Below, one piece after another: positions 50,216 through 60,584 of a stretch of 64,000 nt of DNA. Position 1 is the first letter of the stretch. The number at the start of each line of letters is the position of its first letter. The notes beneath the pieces were generated by a model, which saw only the letters and a list, made by a program, of their open reading frames with translations, made no database searches and was not told the origin of the DNA. This DNA comes from Nitrosopumilus sp. (GTDB lineage: Archaea; Thermoproteota; Nitrososphaeria; Nitrososphaerales; Nitrosopumilaceae): positions 1 through 64,000 of the forward strand of contig CBDBLX010000001.1 in NCBI GenBank assembly GCA_965207445.1, read 5' to 3'. Both the position numbers and the translations under genes were made by a program.

Positions 50216-51514
50216 TTACAAAGTCAAATTTTTACGTTCAAGTATAGGACTAGTGTTCACCACTATTACATTTGGCATATCTGCTGTTGTTAGTTTTGCA
50301 ACCTTATGATCATTTATTGTACACGGAATTATAGCCACGGGTATTTGTAAGGTATTTAGATCATGAGGAAGTTCAGAGTACAATTCTACATCTGTTATCC
50401 ATCCTTGTAACCTTTCAAGAAAAAAGTTGCACATTTCGCTATGATCGCCACGTAAAAGATTAGTGTCAAAATTCCACAACAAAATTACCTTTATTCTGGT
50501 ACGTCTCAAGTCATGATCACGCATGACATATTTTATATGCTCAGGCAAATGTCGAACATATGATGTTATAATCTTAATAAATGAGTCTGTCATTCGTCGT
50601 AGAGGCCTTTTGATTTCAAGTGATGCAGATATTATACGTAAATCAAGCAAGCCATCTAAAATTAAATCAATGTTCAAGTTTTGTATCCGCGGGTCTATTG
50701 TAAGTTCTGATGCTGCATCATTAGGAGTAGAATCACCCAACTCTATAATAGAGCAAATATTAGCAAATCTTGATACTATATCTAATGCATGTTTGTACTC
50801 TGCTGCACGCACAGTGATAAATTTGGGCATTTTGAAATCTGGTCCGGTGGATAATAGTAGTCCAAGACGCTGATCAGTTATAGCAACATCATATACGCCA
50901 ATGAATTGTGGAGGTGAGCGTCTACTCTCTAATGGATAGTAGTAATAAAATACTTTAGTATTTGCCTCAAATCCTGTCATGTGTTCTAATATAGCAACAT
51001 ACTCTTCACCATCACCAATCCCAGCAGGTGCACAGAATACTACAGATACGCCCTCACGTACATACTCAATGGCATCTTTGAAGAGTGATTGTATATTTGC
51101 CTTAATGTTATGCTCATTTGGTCGAATACGTGGAGTAAAGAATAGGTAATCGGCCTTTGATATTGCGACTGGTAATCGTTCCATTAGCATTATTGGTTCA
51201 TCTTCTTTGAGTGTAGATATACTAGGATACGCTCTTGCAATTTCAGGATTCAGTGATATAGCAGTAGAATCTGACTCATCAACAATATAGACAACAGCAC
51301 CATCTATTGCAGCTTGCCGTGCAATATTGTACCCTTCGGTACTCATGCCAAATATTGTGACTGTGGGAGGAGGTTTGGAGGTGGTAGTGGTAGCAGTAGT
51401 GGTAGCAGTAGCATGATGTATTTCATTAGGAATGGTTGTTGCTGCATTGGTGGTAGTGTCATTTTTTTTTGATTTTTTATTTTTAGAACTGTTCTTTACC
51501 ATATGTACAGTCAC
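50216..51514 (-). CDS. Hypothetical protein, degenerate nucleotide-sugar-dehydrogenase-like fold
   Basis: VTIFGMSTEGY...VYIVDE Rossmann-like start after a low-complexity N-terminus. Confidence 0.65.
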   Translation of the reverse strand: MTVHMVKNSSKNKKSKKNDTTTNAATTIPNEIHHATATTTATTTTSKPPPTVTIFGMSTEGYNIARQAAIDGAVVYIVDESDSTAISLNPEIARAYPSISTLKEDEPIMLMERLPVAISKADYLFFTPRIRPNEHNIKANIQSLFKDAIEYVREGVSVVFCAPAGIGDGEEYVAILEHMTGFEANTKVFYYYYPLESRRSPPQFIGVYDVAITDQRLGLLLSTGPDFKMPKFITVRAAEYKHALDIVSRFANICSIIELGDSTPNDAASELTIDPRIQNLNIDLILDGLLDLRIISASLEIKRPLRRMTDSFIKIITSYVRHLPEHIKYVMRDHDLRRTRIKVILLWNFDTNLLRGDHSEMCNFFLERLQGWITDVELYSELPHDLNTLQIPVAIIPCTINDHKVAKLTTADMPNVIVVNTSPILERKNLTL

Positions 51515-51600
51515 AGTGGCTAAAAGAAAAACCTATTGTAAAATTTAGAATGTACGATCTAAAAAGTTCATTAAGGTATTGCATATGCTAGTGTATTATC

Positions 51601-51673
51601 AGCCCGGTAGTGTAGTGGTCAAGCATGGAGGGTTTTGGACCCTCCGACCCCAGTTCGAATCTGGGCCGGGCTA
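51601..51673 (+). tRNA. tRNA-Gln (TTG)
   Basis: Acceptor AGCCCGG/CCGGGCT-A, D-loop TAGTGG, anticodon arm GAGGG-TT-TTG-GA-CCCTC, T-loop TTCGAAT; no encoded CCA. Confidence 0.97.
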
Positions 51674-51719
51674 TTATTTTACTACATACACATGACATCA
51701 TTACAAAGTAAAACAGTCA

Positions 51720-52490
51720 TCAAACATTTAGTTTTGTAAGCAATCTAGATGCAATTGCAAAAAATGTGCCTGCCAGTATAACCAATATTGCCACCTCTAG
51801 TATGACAAATGATGTAATGTTACCAAATATACCAGCTCTGATAATATCTACTAAATATGTCAAAGGATTAAAATAAAATGCAGTGCGTAACGGTTCTTGC
51901 ACGCCGTCTGCAGGGTAAAAGGCAGTACTGACAAATGCAAAGAATAAAAATACAGTATTTATGATGACATTAAACCCTTCACTTGATCGAAGTCTGGTAG
52001 ATATTATAGATGCAAGTGAACCAAACAATACAGATCCAGATACAGCACCAAATATGACAAGAGGGATAGTTACAGATGACAGTACCACATCGTGAAAAAA
52101 TATTGGATATCCTACTGCTAAAATAAACGACGCACTAACAAGACCAATTATTGCAATTGTAAGGATGTTGCTTAATATGTACTGTCCACGCGTAAATGGG
52201 CCTGACATTATCTGTTCAAACATTCCATGTCGTCTATCATTCCATATTATTATACCAGAGACCAGAGTGCTGTTCATTATATTAAATCCAATCATACCAG
52301 ATGCTAAAAACGCAGGATAATCCAAATCTTTTGGGCCCAGTTGGATTCCAGATACTAGGGGAGCGTATGCAAATCCCGCTATGAATATGTATACAAGTGG
52401 AAATATTACCTGCCATATCAAAAATCCAGGGTTGAGTGATATTGTGATGTTACGATTTACTAGTCGAAGTATGGGATGCATTGTAATCAC
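51720..52490 (-). CDS. ABC-2 type transporter permease
   Basis: Six TMs; FVSTAFYP...NPLTY. Confidence 0.92.
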   Translation of the reverse strand: MITMHPILRLVNRNITISLNPGFLIWQVIFPLVYIFIAGFAYAPLVSGIQLGPKDLDYPAFLASGMIGFNIMNSTLVSGIIIWNDRRHGMFEQIMSGPFTRGQYILSNILTIAIIGLVSASFILAVGYPIFFHDVVLSSVTIPLVIFGAVSGSVLFGSLASIISTRLRSSEGFNVIINTVFLFFAFVSTAFYPADGVQEPLRTAFYFNPLTYLVDIIRAGIFGNITSFVILEVAILVILAGTFFAIASRLLTKLNV

Positions 52491-53659
52491 TAAAGTGTGT
52501 TGTTTGTAGTATTGTGATTACCGATAGGTGTATTGTTGGAATTGTCATGTTGCGGCGATGGTTGTTGTTGGTTTTGTTGTTGTTGTTGTTGTTGGTTTTG
52601 ATTTTGTAGCACATTACGGTGCTCGGATTGCTTGTTAATGTGAGTCATATCCAAGAATATCTCCTCAAGACTAGTAGGGGTAGCAGACAGATCTTCTATC
52701 TCAATTCCAGCGTCATGTAGTATCTGAAGCGTTTGCAATAAAGCAGAATCAGAGTTTGATGATCGAATGGTAATGGTGGTCCGAGTCGATTTTTTGTTGT
52801 TGTTGTTGTTATATGTGTCATGCGTCATGTGTGAATTTGAGGCTTTTGTGTTATTTTGACGTGTGTTATTGTGATGCGCATCACCACTATTGGAGTTGAT
52901 CTGACAGCCTTGCACACCTGATAACATTTCATGTAAATTCGGAGGGCTGTATGATAAATGAATCTTTATCGTCTTTTCGTTTCCGAGTTTTGATTTTAAT
53001 TCATCAGGTGTACTGACCTCTAGTAATTGACCATTGTTCATTATTGCAATCTCATCGCACAAATACTCAACTTCACTAAGTATGTGAGTTGTGTAAAATA
53101 TACTTAAACCCGTCTTGACTCTATTTCGAAGATAATCAAGCAAGTCACGACGCGCACTAGGATCAAGTCCTACTGTCGGCTCGTCTAAAAAGAGCAACTC
53201 CATATCATGCATGAATTCACGCGCCACCTGAACACGCCTGCGCTGGCCTATTGAGAGATCTTCGTTGCGGCGATGTCGTATCTCAACAAGACCAAACTCT
53301 TCTAAAAGAGACTCTGCACGTTCATGGCAAACATGTTTTGGCACATTCCACATCATCCCATATTTTTCAAGTGACTTTTCAACTGATAGTGTGGGCTCAT
53401 AGCTTAACTGTTGTAGTACAACACCTATCTTGTGACGTACTGCAAGTGGTTCCTTTATGGCATCAATACCTAATACAGATATTGCGCCTGCAGTGGGTCT
53501 GACAAGCGTAGTTAACATCTTGATTGTAGTTGATTTACCGGCCCCGTTTGGTCCCAAGAATCCAAATACGCATCCCTTTTGAACTGAAAACGAAATATCA
53601 TTTACTGCAATTGTACTAGAATATGACTTTGATAGGTGGCTTACATCTATACATGACAC
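52490..53659 (-). CDS. ABC transporter ATP-binding protein (DrrA-like)
   Basis: GPNGAGKST, LSIGQRRR, FLDEPTVGLD, TTH; Asn/Gln-rich inserts. Confidence 0.94.
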   Translation of the reverse strand: MSCIDVSHLSKSYSSTIAVNDISFSVQKGCVFGFLGPNGAGKSTTIKMLTTLVRPTAGAISVLGIDAIKEPLAVRHKIGVVLQQLSYEPTLSVEKSLEKYGMMWNVPKHVCHERAESLLEEFGLVEIRHRRNEDLSIGQRRRVQVAREFMHDMELLFLDEPTVGLDPSARRDLLDYLRNRVKTGLSIFYTTHILSEVEYLCDEIAIMNNGQLLEVSTPDELKSKLGNEKTIKIHLSYSPPNLHEMLSGVQGCQINSNSGDAHHNNTRQNNTKASNSHMTHDTYNNNNNKKSTRTTITIRSSNSDSALLQTLQILHDAGIEIEDLSATPTSLEEIFLDMTHINKQSEHRNVLQNQNQQQQQQQNQQQPSPQHDNSNNTPIGNHNTTNNTL

Positions 53660-53807
53660 AATTAAACACTGTCAGACGTATTTATAATCATAATTCAATG
53701 TTAATGTTAAATCAACCATACATTTGATTATATCTAGGTGTAGGTATATATGATTAGTTTATAGCCATTAATAAAATACAGTATAAATGCACTAGGTGAA
53801 AAATTTC

Positions 53808-53946
53808 AAGGTATAGACTCAGGTCAAATCATTAATTGGTTAGGACTTGGCACTACAAGATATGGGCATAAACTGTCCAATCAAGCCCTGATACAGAACA
53901 GGTGGCAGAATCGTTGCCACAGGTGTGTTGGTTCTATCTGAGTTTG
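53808..53946 (+). ncRNA. Candidate structured ncRNA whose 3' strand is interrupted by IS66
   Basis: GTATAAAT box at 53781; the 17-bp closing stem AAGGTATAGACTCAGGT / ATCTGAGTTTG|TACCTT is restored when the IS is removed; two internal arms with G-U pairs. Confidence 0.55.
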
Positions 53947-56075
53947 GTAACAGTTAAACCCCCTACCTGTACACCTCGACACACATCTACCGCTATGCGA
54001 TGAAGTTTGGTGAATGATTTAGCTTGCCATGATGGTGTCATAGATGTTCTTTACAAGATCCTTGTCCTGATCATACCACGTCATCATACACGACATCAAT
54101 ATACCATAAACTTCCATTCCTGTTGTACTGCGAAACATCTGACGAATCTTTTTGTGAATTACGACGCGTCGCAGTGTTCGTTCGGATTTGTTGTTGGTAG
54201 GTGGCATGCCCGGATATTTGACAAATGTAAACAGGTCTGGCGCCGCATTGAGTAGTTTACCACCAAACGAGTATCCTAGTTCGGTATATGTGCCTGCAAT
54301 TGCCATGACGGGATCTATCCAGTTGTCTTGCAGTTGTTGATCTGTGGTGTCTGGGGGTAGCTGTTTGGCCTCGTGAAATATGTGCTGGAGTTTTTGGTGT
54401 AATTCTACGAGATTGTCGCCTTGCATGGCTGCCAGCAGTTCGGCATCGCGTAAAACATGCGCCCAGCAGCGCTGTTTGGTTTTGAATTTGTTGTATGCGG
54501 CGTATCCATCCACCACGATTGGAATGTCAAATAACGGACAGTGTATATCTAATACAGCCGCACCGCGTGAGCGAGTAATGACAAAACTGATGCCATATTC
54601 GCCTATGAAGACCCACGCATAGCCACGTTTTATGCCTATTTTGACTGGCGTTTCATCACCCATCAAATATCTTGTTTTTGCAAGATTTTTTGAGATCTGT
54701 TTTGCAGTTGCTGCAAACTTTTCTCTTGCTACTGCTGTAAGAACGTTCATTATGGTCACCTTTGAGACCTTTGGAACGCCGACTAGCGTTAGCATGTGTG
54801 ATATGGAGTTTAGACTGAGTGTTGTAAAGAACATGAATACGATCATGGTCATGAGATTGGGGCCAAACATTGAGCCTTTGGTATATCCTTTGGGCATGGT
54901 GTTTATTTTGTGGTTGTTTTTGCACTTGCCTTTTGATGATTTAATCTGTTTTTTTGTGGCTTTGACTATTTTTGGAGTGTCTATTACCATCTTGCATTCG
55001 TGTTTAACATCTACATCTGCACCACATTCAGGGCATTTGTCTACTGTACAGTCAATTTCCTCTGTGACGTCCATATCATATATGGTTGTTTTCTTCTCCT
55101 CCTCATCTTCATTCCATTTTTTTCCTTTTGTCTTCTCTTCTAACCCATACAGGATTAGACTGACTCCTTTTCTAACCGCTTTGTCGTTGGTTTCATGTGC
55201 AATTTCATTTTCGAGTACATAATTGTTAGAATTAGTAATGGCTTCCATAACTATTCCATATTCCAAGTAACAGCGTTCTGCATGTTCGCGTCTGTAATTT
55301 TTGAGTTTATTTTGTGAGTCACTTCCTGCAGAGGGAGGTGTGTGGGCATTATCAACACGGTGGTGTTGTCTGGTTTTTTGTTGGAGTTGTTGTTTTAGTT
55401 GTACATTCTCTTCTCTCAAAACTATACATTCCTGACTGCAATTGTGTTGCTGTTGTTGTTGCTTTATTGTATCCTCAAGCTGCTTGTTTTTGGCAGACAT
55501 TTTGGAGTATTTCTCTTCTAATACCGCAATCTCTGCTCGCGCAGTAGCCGTCTCTAGATGACTCTTCTCTAATTCAGCAGAATTGTTGCGTATCGTATCA
55601 TTTGCAGAATCCAACTGTGAGTGCAATGTATGAATTTCTTTGCGCAGTGTGGTCATCTCTGAGATCATTGCAACACACCACCTCTGATGATTTTGCTACC
55701 CGCCGCACAACTGTGTTTGAGTATACACTGTACACAATTATGTAAATTTTCATTATTGTGATTAAAATAGTCTAAATACTGTTTTTGCAATACAATATCA
55801 TTAAGTTTTCTACTTACCATTTTGGTATCAATGGTAAGTAAAAAACTATGTATTTAACACCCCGCAATGTCAAAAGCTGACCACAGATCAATTAGCTGAG
55901 TAATTTCCTGCCTAGATGCGAAAAATAATCAAACGTGTTTTCAACATTTTGGGCACTTTCTCACATATCGCCGTGTTTATCATTTAGATTTACGTGAATT
56001 CGATCACAATGATGATCGGTGATCGCTATTGCTGTATCTGTATGCCTACTTACAAAATAGGGGTTGAACTGTTAC
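53947..56075 (-). mobile_element. Intact single-ORF IS66-family element (ISBst12-like organisation)
   Basis: Ends GTAACAGTTAAACCCC / GGGGTTGAACTGTTAC; flanking direct repeat CTGAGTTTG (53938-53946, 56076-56084). Confidence 0.93.
54019..55668 (-). CDS. IS66-family transposase
   Basis: Coiled coil, NAHTPPS, CPECG Zn finger, GDET, VDGYAAY, QRCWAHVLR, PTNNKSERTLR. Confidence 0.95.
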   Translation of the reverse strand: MISEMTTLRKEIHTLHSQLDSANDTIRNNSAELEKSHLETATARAEIAVLEEKYSKMSAKNKQLEDTIKQQQQQHNCSQECIVLREENVQLKQQLQQKTRQHHRVDNAHTPPSAGSDSQNKLKNYRREHAERCYLEYGIVMEAITNSNNYVLENEIAHETNDKAVRKGVSLILYGLEEKTKGKKWNEDEEEKKTTIYDMDVTEEIDCTVDKCPECGADVDVKHECKMVIDTPKIVKATKKQIKSSKGKCKNNHKINTMPKGYTKGSMFGPNLMTMIVFMFFTTLSLNSISHMLTLVGVPKVSKVTIMNVLTAVAREKFAATAKQISKNLAKTRYLMGDETPVKIGIKRGYAWVFIGEYGISFVITRSRGAAVLDIHCPLFDIPIVVDGYAAYNKFKTKQRCWAHVLRDAELLAAMQGDNLVELHQKLQHIFHEAKQLPPDTTDQQLQDNWIDPVMAIAGTYTELGYSFGGKLLNAAPDLFTFVKYPGMPPTNNKSERTLRRVVIHKKIRQMFRSTTGMEVYGILMSCMMTWYDQDKDLVKNIYDTIMAS

Positions 56076-56156
56076 CTGAGTTTGTACCTTAAGTATTATA
56101 AATTGCAATTTACAACTTTTATTACACACCATAACACAGCACAAGGTGATAAAGAA

Positions 56157-57728
56157 TTGACAGATATTGATGACCTAATAGACGAGATTACAAAACAGAG
56201 ACCAGAGTTAGACAAAGAAGAGATCTTGTCACGCATCAAAGCAAAAAAAGATGCAATCGGTGCAAACTATCTGACTGATAGAGGTGCGGTATTTTTGATT
56301 GCAAGTGAGTGTGGAATTACCATCGGCAAGCCAGTAAAATCAGATGTTGCAATAAAAGAGATGTATGCAGGTGCAGGCGAGGTTTCACTAGAGGTCAGAG
56401 TGTTGTGTGTGTCACCTATCAGAAAGTACACACAAAAAGACGGAGGGCAGGGCGCGCTTCGAACTATAACCGTATATGATAGTATAGAGGACACTGCAAG
56501 TGTAAAGTTGTGGAATGATAAAGCAAGCCTACCAGGGATAAACGAGTTAAAGCCTGGGGACTTTGTAAAAATCACAGGCGCCAACATAAAAGAAGAGAGA
56601 GGTAGAGGAGGAGATGACAATAGTAGTGAAGATACCAAAAAACCACTTGCAATTCATGTTGGGTCTGGCTCAATAATAGAGCCGGTTGATACACCACAAC
56701 GCGAGATACCAACTATTCAGAGTATTACAAAGGATATCAGTGACTTGTCAGAGACTAAAAGTGAATCTAATCTGGTAGTCTCAGGCATACTAGATGGTAA
56801 TATACAGTTGTTAGAGTATACAAGACAACAGACAGGTGAGCAAGCAACTGCCCTCAAGTTTAGGATGAGGGGGGAGAATGACGCTGGTAGTGGTAGTGGT
56901 AGTGGTAGTGGTAGTAGTGTAAGACGCATAGTGTTATGGGGCAAAGACATGTCATCAGTACCAAAAAAGATCACAACAGCATCTCCACAAGTGACATTAA
57001 TTGGAGTATCTACAAAAATTACAGAGCAGCAAGGAATGGAAATTCATGGAAACGAGTCTACTCATTTTGAGATCAAAGGTGGAGAAGGAGACGGCAACGA
57101 TACAATAGATCCCATTACGATAAGAATTCTAGCAAAGCCCACACCAACAAACAGTAGCAACAATACCAACACAAGACAAGCCATTCTAGGAGTCGACTCT
57201 AATGCCAAATTGTACACGATCATTGACAAGGACCAAGTATCAGTGGCATATAATGAAGGCGAGATAATAGAGTGCGTGCCCACTCGCATACAAGGCAGAA
57301 GTGTCACGCTAGACTCTAGCTCGTATATCAGAAGCATAAGTAGTGAGAGTACAGATGAGCAAGCAACAGCAATAATGCCGACATTAAAAGATGTGCTAAC
57401 ACCCATACTCGATATAAAACCAGACGGCGGAATATACTGTATTGGTTGCGTCTTGTTTAATGCACCTGATATGCGAGAGATACTGACAAAAAATGGCGAT
57501 ACAATACGTATGGCTGAAGTTGGAATCGGAGATGGTTCTGGTGAGGGTGTGATCAAAGCATGGAGAAACCAATCAACATTGTTTGAAAAATGCAATGTAG
57601 GAGACAAATACATCATAACAGGCATTAGAGCGCAGCAGGGTATGGGTGAGGGTATGGTAGACCTGACGTTGACTGAATACTCTACGATTACACCAGAAGC
57701 ATCTGTGAGAGAAGAGACACCACAGTAA
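56157..57728 (+). CDS. rpa: Replication protein A / multi-OB-fold ssDNA-binding protein
   Basis: GANYLTDRGAVFLIA N-terminus and OB folds (VKLWND, IVLWG, IKAW). Start reassigned to TTG 56157 after AGGTGAT; the upstream ORF part lies in the IS end. Confidence 0.87.
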   Translation: MTDIDDLIDEITKQRPELDKEEILSRIKAKKDAIGANYLTDRGAVFLIASECGITIGKPVKSDVAIKEMYAGAGEVSLEVRVLCVSPIRKYTQKDGGQGALRTITVYDSIEDTASVKLWNDKASLPGINELKPGDFVKITGANIKEERGRGGDDNSSEDTKKPLAIHVGSGSIIEPVDTPQREIPTIQSITKDISDLSETKSESNLVVSGILDGNIQLLEYTRQQTGEQATALKFRMRGENDAGSGSGSGSGSSVRRIVLWGKDMSSVPKKITTASPQVTLIGVSTKITEQQGMEIHGNESTHFEIKGGEGDGNDTIDPITIRILAKPTPTNSSNNTNTRQAILGVDSNAKLYTIIDKDQVSVAYNEGEIIECVPTRIQGRSVTLDSSSYIRSISSESTDEQATAIMPTLKDVLTPILDIKPDGGIYCIGCVLFNAPDMREILTKNGDTIRMAEVGIGDGSGEGVIKAWRNQSTLFEKCNVGDKYIITGIRAQQGMGEGMVDLTLTEYSTITPEASVREETPQ

Positions 57729-57740
57729 TGCTCAAAATCA

Positions 57741-60584
57741 CTAGTCCCAAAATCCACGCGTTGTGACATACTGTCTTTCTGCCTCATAGATCTGTTTGAA
57801 GAGATTATCTTCATCATCACTTATCATATTACGCAATATACGCGTAGCAGTATCAGCACCGATACCGTGCCCAGAGATGACCATTACAGCAACTTTACCA
57901 AAGGATTCTACGAGAGATGCCACTTTCCAAGCTCGATCAAACTTTTTCTTCTCCTCAAGGGTAATTTTGATTCCACCAACTCTTTTGCGAATGATACCAG
58001 ACAGATTAATGTCAGAGTAATATGATGCCGTAATCTGTCCACTACGACAGTGCGGACATTTCAATTTACCTATTATATCACACGTCTCTACAATCCTCTC
58101 CCATTTACCACATCGCATGCATATCATACGATGTTTAGTATGTGTGATTCTGTTCTTGATGGAATCTAGTATGCGCTTGTCAAGTACAGCAGGTGACGAA
58201 TAATATCTAGAGGTATGGTCTAGTATTGGAACTGCCAATTTTGAGAATCCATCTGTCGCCTCATTCCAATGTACCAAAATCTGGCCATTTTTAATACGAT
58301 CAAGTATCATTTGGCATCCGTCGAGATCATACTTGTCATGAAATAGTTCTCGGAGTGCTTCTTTGACTATTGGTGTGTTTACATATTGATTGTACAAAAA
58401 GCGAGCAAACCTACGCTCATACATGTCACCTCGTCTTGTAGCACCAAATTTTTTTGCAGCACACCACACACGCCAATTAAGATTGTGAGTGCCTACAAGT
58501 GATGTGCCTATCACTTTTGGTAGGTCATAGTCATCTTGCAACAAACGTAACAGTAAGAGTTCAGATATGCGTATAGATGATGAGGATAGAACGATACGAT
58601 ATCCATCTGAGCGAGAGTCTACTCGTGAATTTGAGAGTGCAGACAACATTGATGATAATAGTATTGCTAGAGTTGCATTGATACGACTTCCAAAACAGCA
58701 ATGTAGTATGATAATACCTTGTAGTTTTTGAGATTCGACTATAATACTACTATTTCCATTATTAATATAATTTTGATCAGTACTTTTTTGATCAGTAGAG
58801 TCGTAATTAGTATTATTATGAACAGTATGATTATGTTTAGCATTATGTTCATCCATCAAAGGAATGTCAAATGTTATCTCATCGAACACGTGATTCTGAG
58901 CAGTAACTTTTCCATCTTTGATCAATCCACGTAGCTCACCCACCCTATACGCAGTCTTGTAATCAATTGGCATCGTCTCCCCCTCCCAATAAGGAACTGT
59001 CTTTGAAGCCGCACCTGACATATGTGGCCCAAGCGGCTCGACATTTACCGTAAATGACTTTTCATCCACATGTAGTATTCGCCACTGTGAACCACGAAGC
59101 ACAAAGATGTTGCCTTGCTCACCATGATCACCAACAAACCTTTGATCAAGTGTTCCCATCCTTTTTCTGCCCACAGTATCAAATACCTTAAAGCGCAACA
59201 TATCAGGTATAGTAGAGAGATTCTCAAAGTGATATGTAATGTACCGTCCACTTTTGATAAATGTCATATTTTCACGATCATATATAATGAGTCTACTCTG
59301 ATCAAGTTGTTCTAGTACTTGGGAGAATGTCTCTAATTCTAAGTTGTGGTATGGATATGCCTTTTTTATCATATCTAGTGCTGCATTAATTTTTATCTTG
59401 TGTGAGCCTGCTTGAATAGACAGTCCTATCATGTGGTGTGCCAAGACATCAAGCGCATTGAAATGCAGGTGTTGTTGTTCAATTGAGCCATTGTGTATGC
59501 GCTCTAAAATTGACATTGCTTCTAGCTCATCATCAGCACTGTTGGTTATGATTAATCCACGCGCAGAATCCCTGTTATGCCTGCTGCGGCCTATTCGTTG
59601 AATAAACTTTGAGACTTGCCGAGGAGAGCCATAATGAACAACCAACTCTACAGAGCCAATATCAATTCCTAGTTCAAGTGAGGAGGTACAGACTATAATA
59701 CGCAGTCCTGTGCCCTCACGCAACAAGTGTTCTGTATCCTCTCTGACACTTTTTGATAATGAACCGTGGTGCAACTCGACTGGTGTTGTGGCTATCTCTT
59801 TTAGTACAGACGCCAAAAACTCAGCTTCTCCTCTAGTGTTTGTAAATAGCAAGACAGGGGAGTCTAAATTGTACTCTTTGATACGATCATATATTGCGCG
59901 CGCAATATCAGATATTGAACCACTCTCATACACGATATCAACATCATACTGGCGTAGCGTTCTGTCTTGTATGACACGACAGGGCCTATTCGTACCAGAA
60001 ACAAACTTTGCAGCATCAGAAATATTCCCGACAGTAGCAGATAATCCAATACGTGTTAATGGATGACGTGCATTTAATTCGAGTCGTTCTAAACTCAAAG
60101 AGAGTTGAGAGCCACGCTTGTTTGATAGCATCTCGTGGACCTCATCAATTACAACCCACTGTAAACTTGCAAGTGGCAACAACATCTTTGGCTGTGAGAG
60201 TAATACTACTAGTGTCTCTGGAGTTGTGATTAGTATATCAGGTGGATTCTCTGTAATCTTTTTGCGCTGACTCTGGGGCGTATCCCCATGCCGGATTCCA
60301 ATTGTAAGATTGCAATTTTTAGCATATGTGGTTATACGACGAAAGACGTCCTTGTTTAGAGCACGAAGTGGTGTGATGTATAATATTTGGATGCCATCAT
60401 GTTTTGTTTTTTGTAGTGATTCTGATACTATAGTGAATATTGGAATTACAGAGCATTCGGTCTTGCCTGAGCCGGTGGGTGCCACAACCAAGCAGTCACG
60501 TTTTTGAAGTATGAGAGGAGATGCTTTTGATTGTATAGTAGTTAGTCTCTCAAAGCCAAATTTTGCAAAAAGAGATTCAATCAC
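57741..60584 (-). CDS. lhr: Lhr-like DEAD/DEAH-box helicase (start probably GTG 60584; ORF is open to 60761)
   Basis: APTGSGKT, TPLRAL, TTPE, DEVH, SAT, HHGSL, QRIGRS; C-terminal CxxC...CxxC. Confidence 0.9.
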   Translation of the reverse strand: MIESLFAKFGFERLTTIQSKASPLILQKRDCLVVAPTGSGKTECSVIPIFTIVSESLQKTKHDGIQILYITPLRALNKDVFRRITTYAKNCNLTIGIRHGDTPQSQRKKITENPPDILITTPETLVVLLSQPKMLLPLASLQWVVIDEVHEMLSNKRGSQLSLSLERLELNARHPLTRIGLSATVGNISDAAKFVSGTNRPCRVIQDRTLRQYDVDIVYESGSISDIARAIYDRIKEYNLDSPVLLFTNTRGEAEFLASVLKEIATTPVELHHGSLSKSVREDTEHLLREGTGLRIIVCTSSLELGIDIGSVELVVHYGSPRQVSKFIQRIGRSRHNRDSARGLIITNSADDELEAMSILERIHNGSIEQQHLHFNALDVLAHHMIGLSIQAGSHKIKINAALDMIKKAYPYHNLELETFSQVLEQLDQSRLIIYDRENMTFIKSGRYITYHFENLSTIPDMLRFKVFDTVGRKRMGTLDQRFVGDHGEQGNIFVLRGSQWRILHVDEKSFTVNVEPLGPHMSGAASKTVPYWEGETMPIDYKTAYRVGELRGLIKDGKVTAQNHVFDEITFDIPLMDEHNAKHNHTVHNNTNYDSTDQKSTDQNYINNGNSSIIVESQKLQGIIILHCCFGSRINATLAILLSSMLSALSNSRVDSRSDGYRIVLSSSSIRISELLLLRLLQDDYDLPKVIGTSLVGTHNLNWRVWCAAKKFGATRRGDMYERRFARFLYNQYVNTPIVKEALRELFHDKYDLDGCQMILDRIKNGQILVHWNEATDGFSKLAVPILDHTSRYYSSPAVLDKRILDSIKNRITHTKHRMICMRCGKWERIVETCDIIGKLKCPHCRSGQITASYYSDINLSGIIRKRVGGIKITLEEKKKFDRAWKVASLVESFGKVAVMVISGHGIGADTATRILRNMISDDEDNLFKQIYEAERQYVTTRGFWD

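Noticed and set aside
53808..53946. 5S rRNA or H/ACA guide
   Set aside because: The three-way topology is similar, but conserved 5S loop sequences are absent and no clear K-turn is present.
57062..57820. 252-aa antisense ORF over rpa and similar shadow ORFs (3512..4141, 54632..55222, 36325..36765)
   Set aside because: Antisense mirrors of strong genes with no recognisable motifs.
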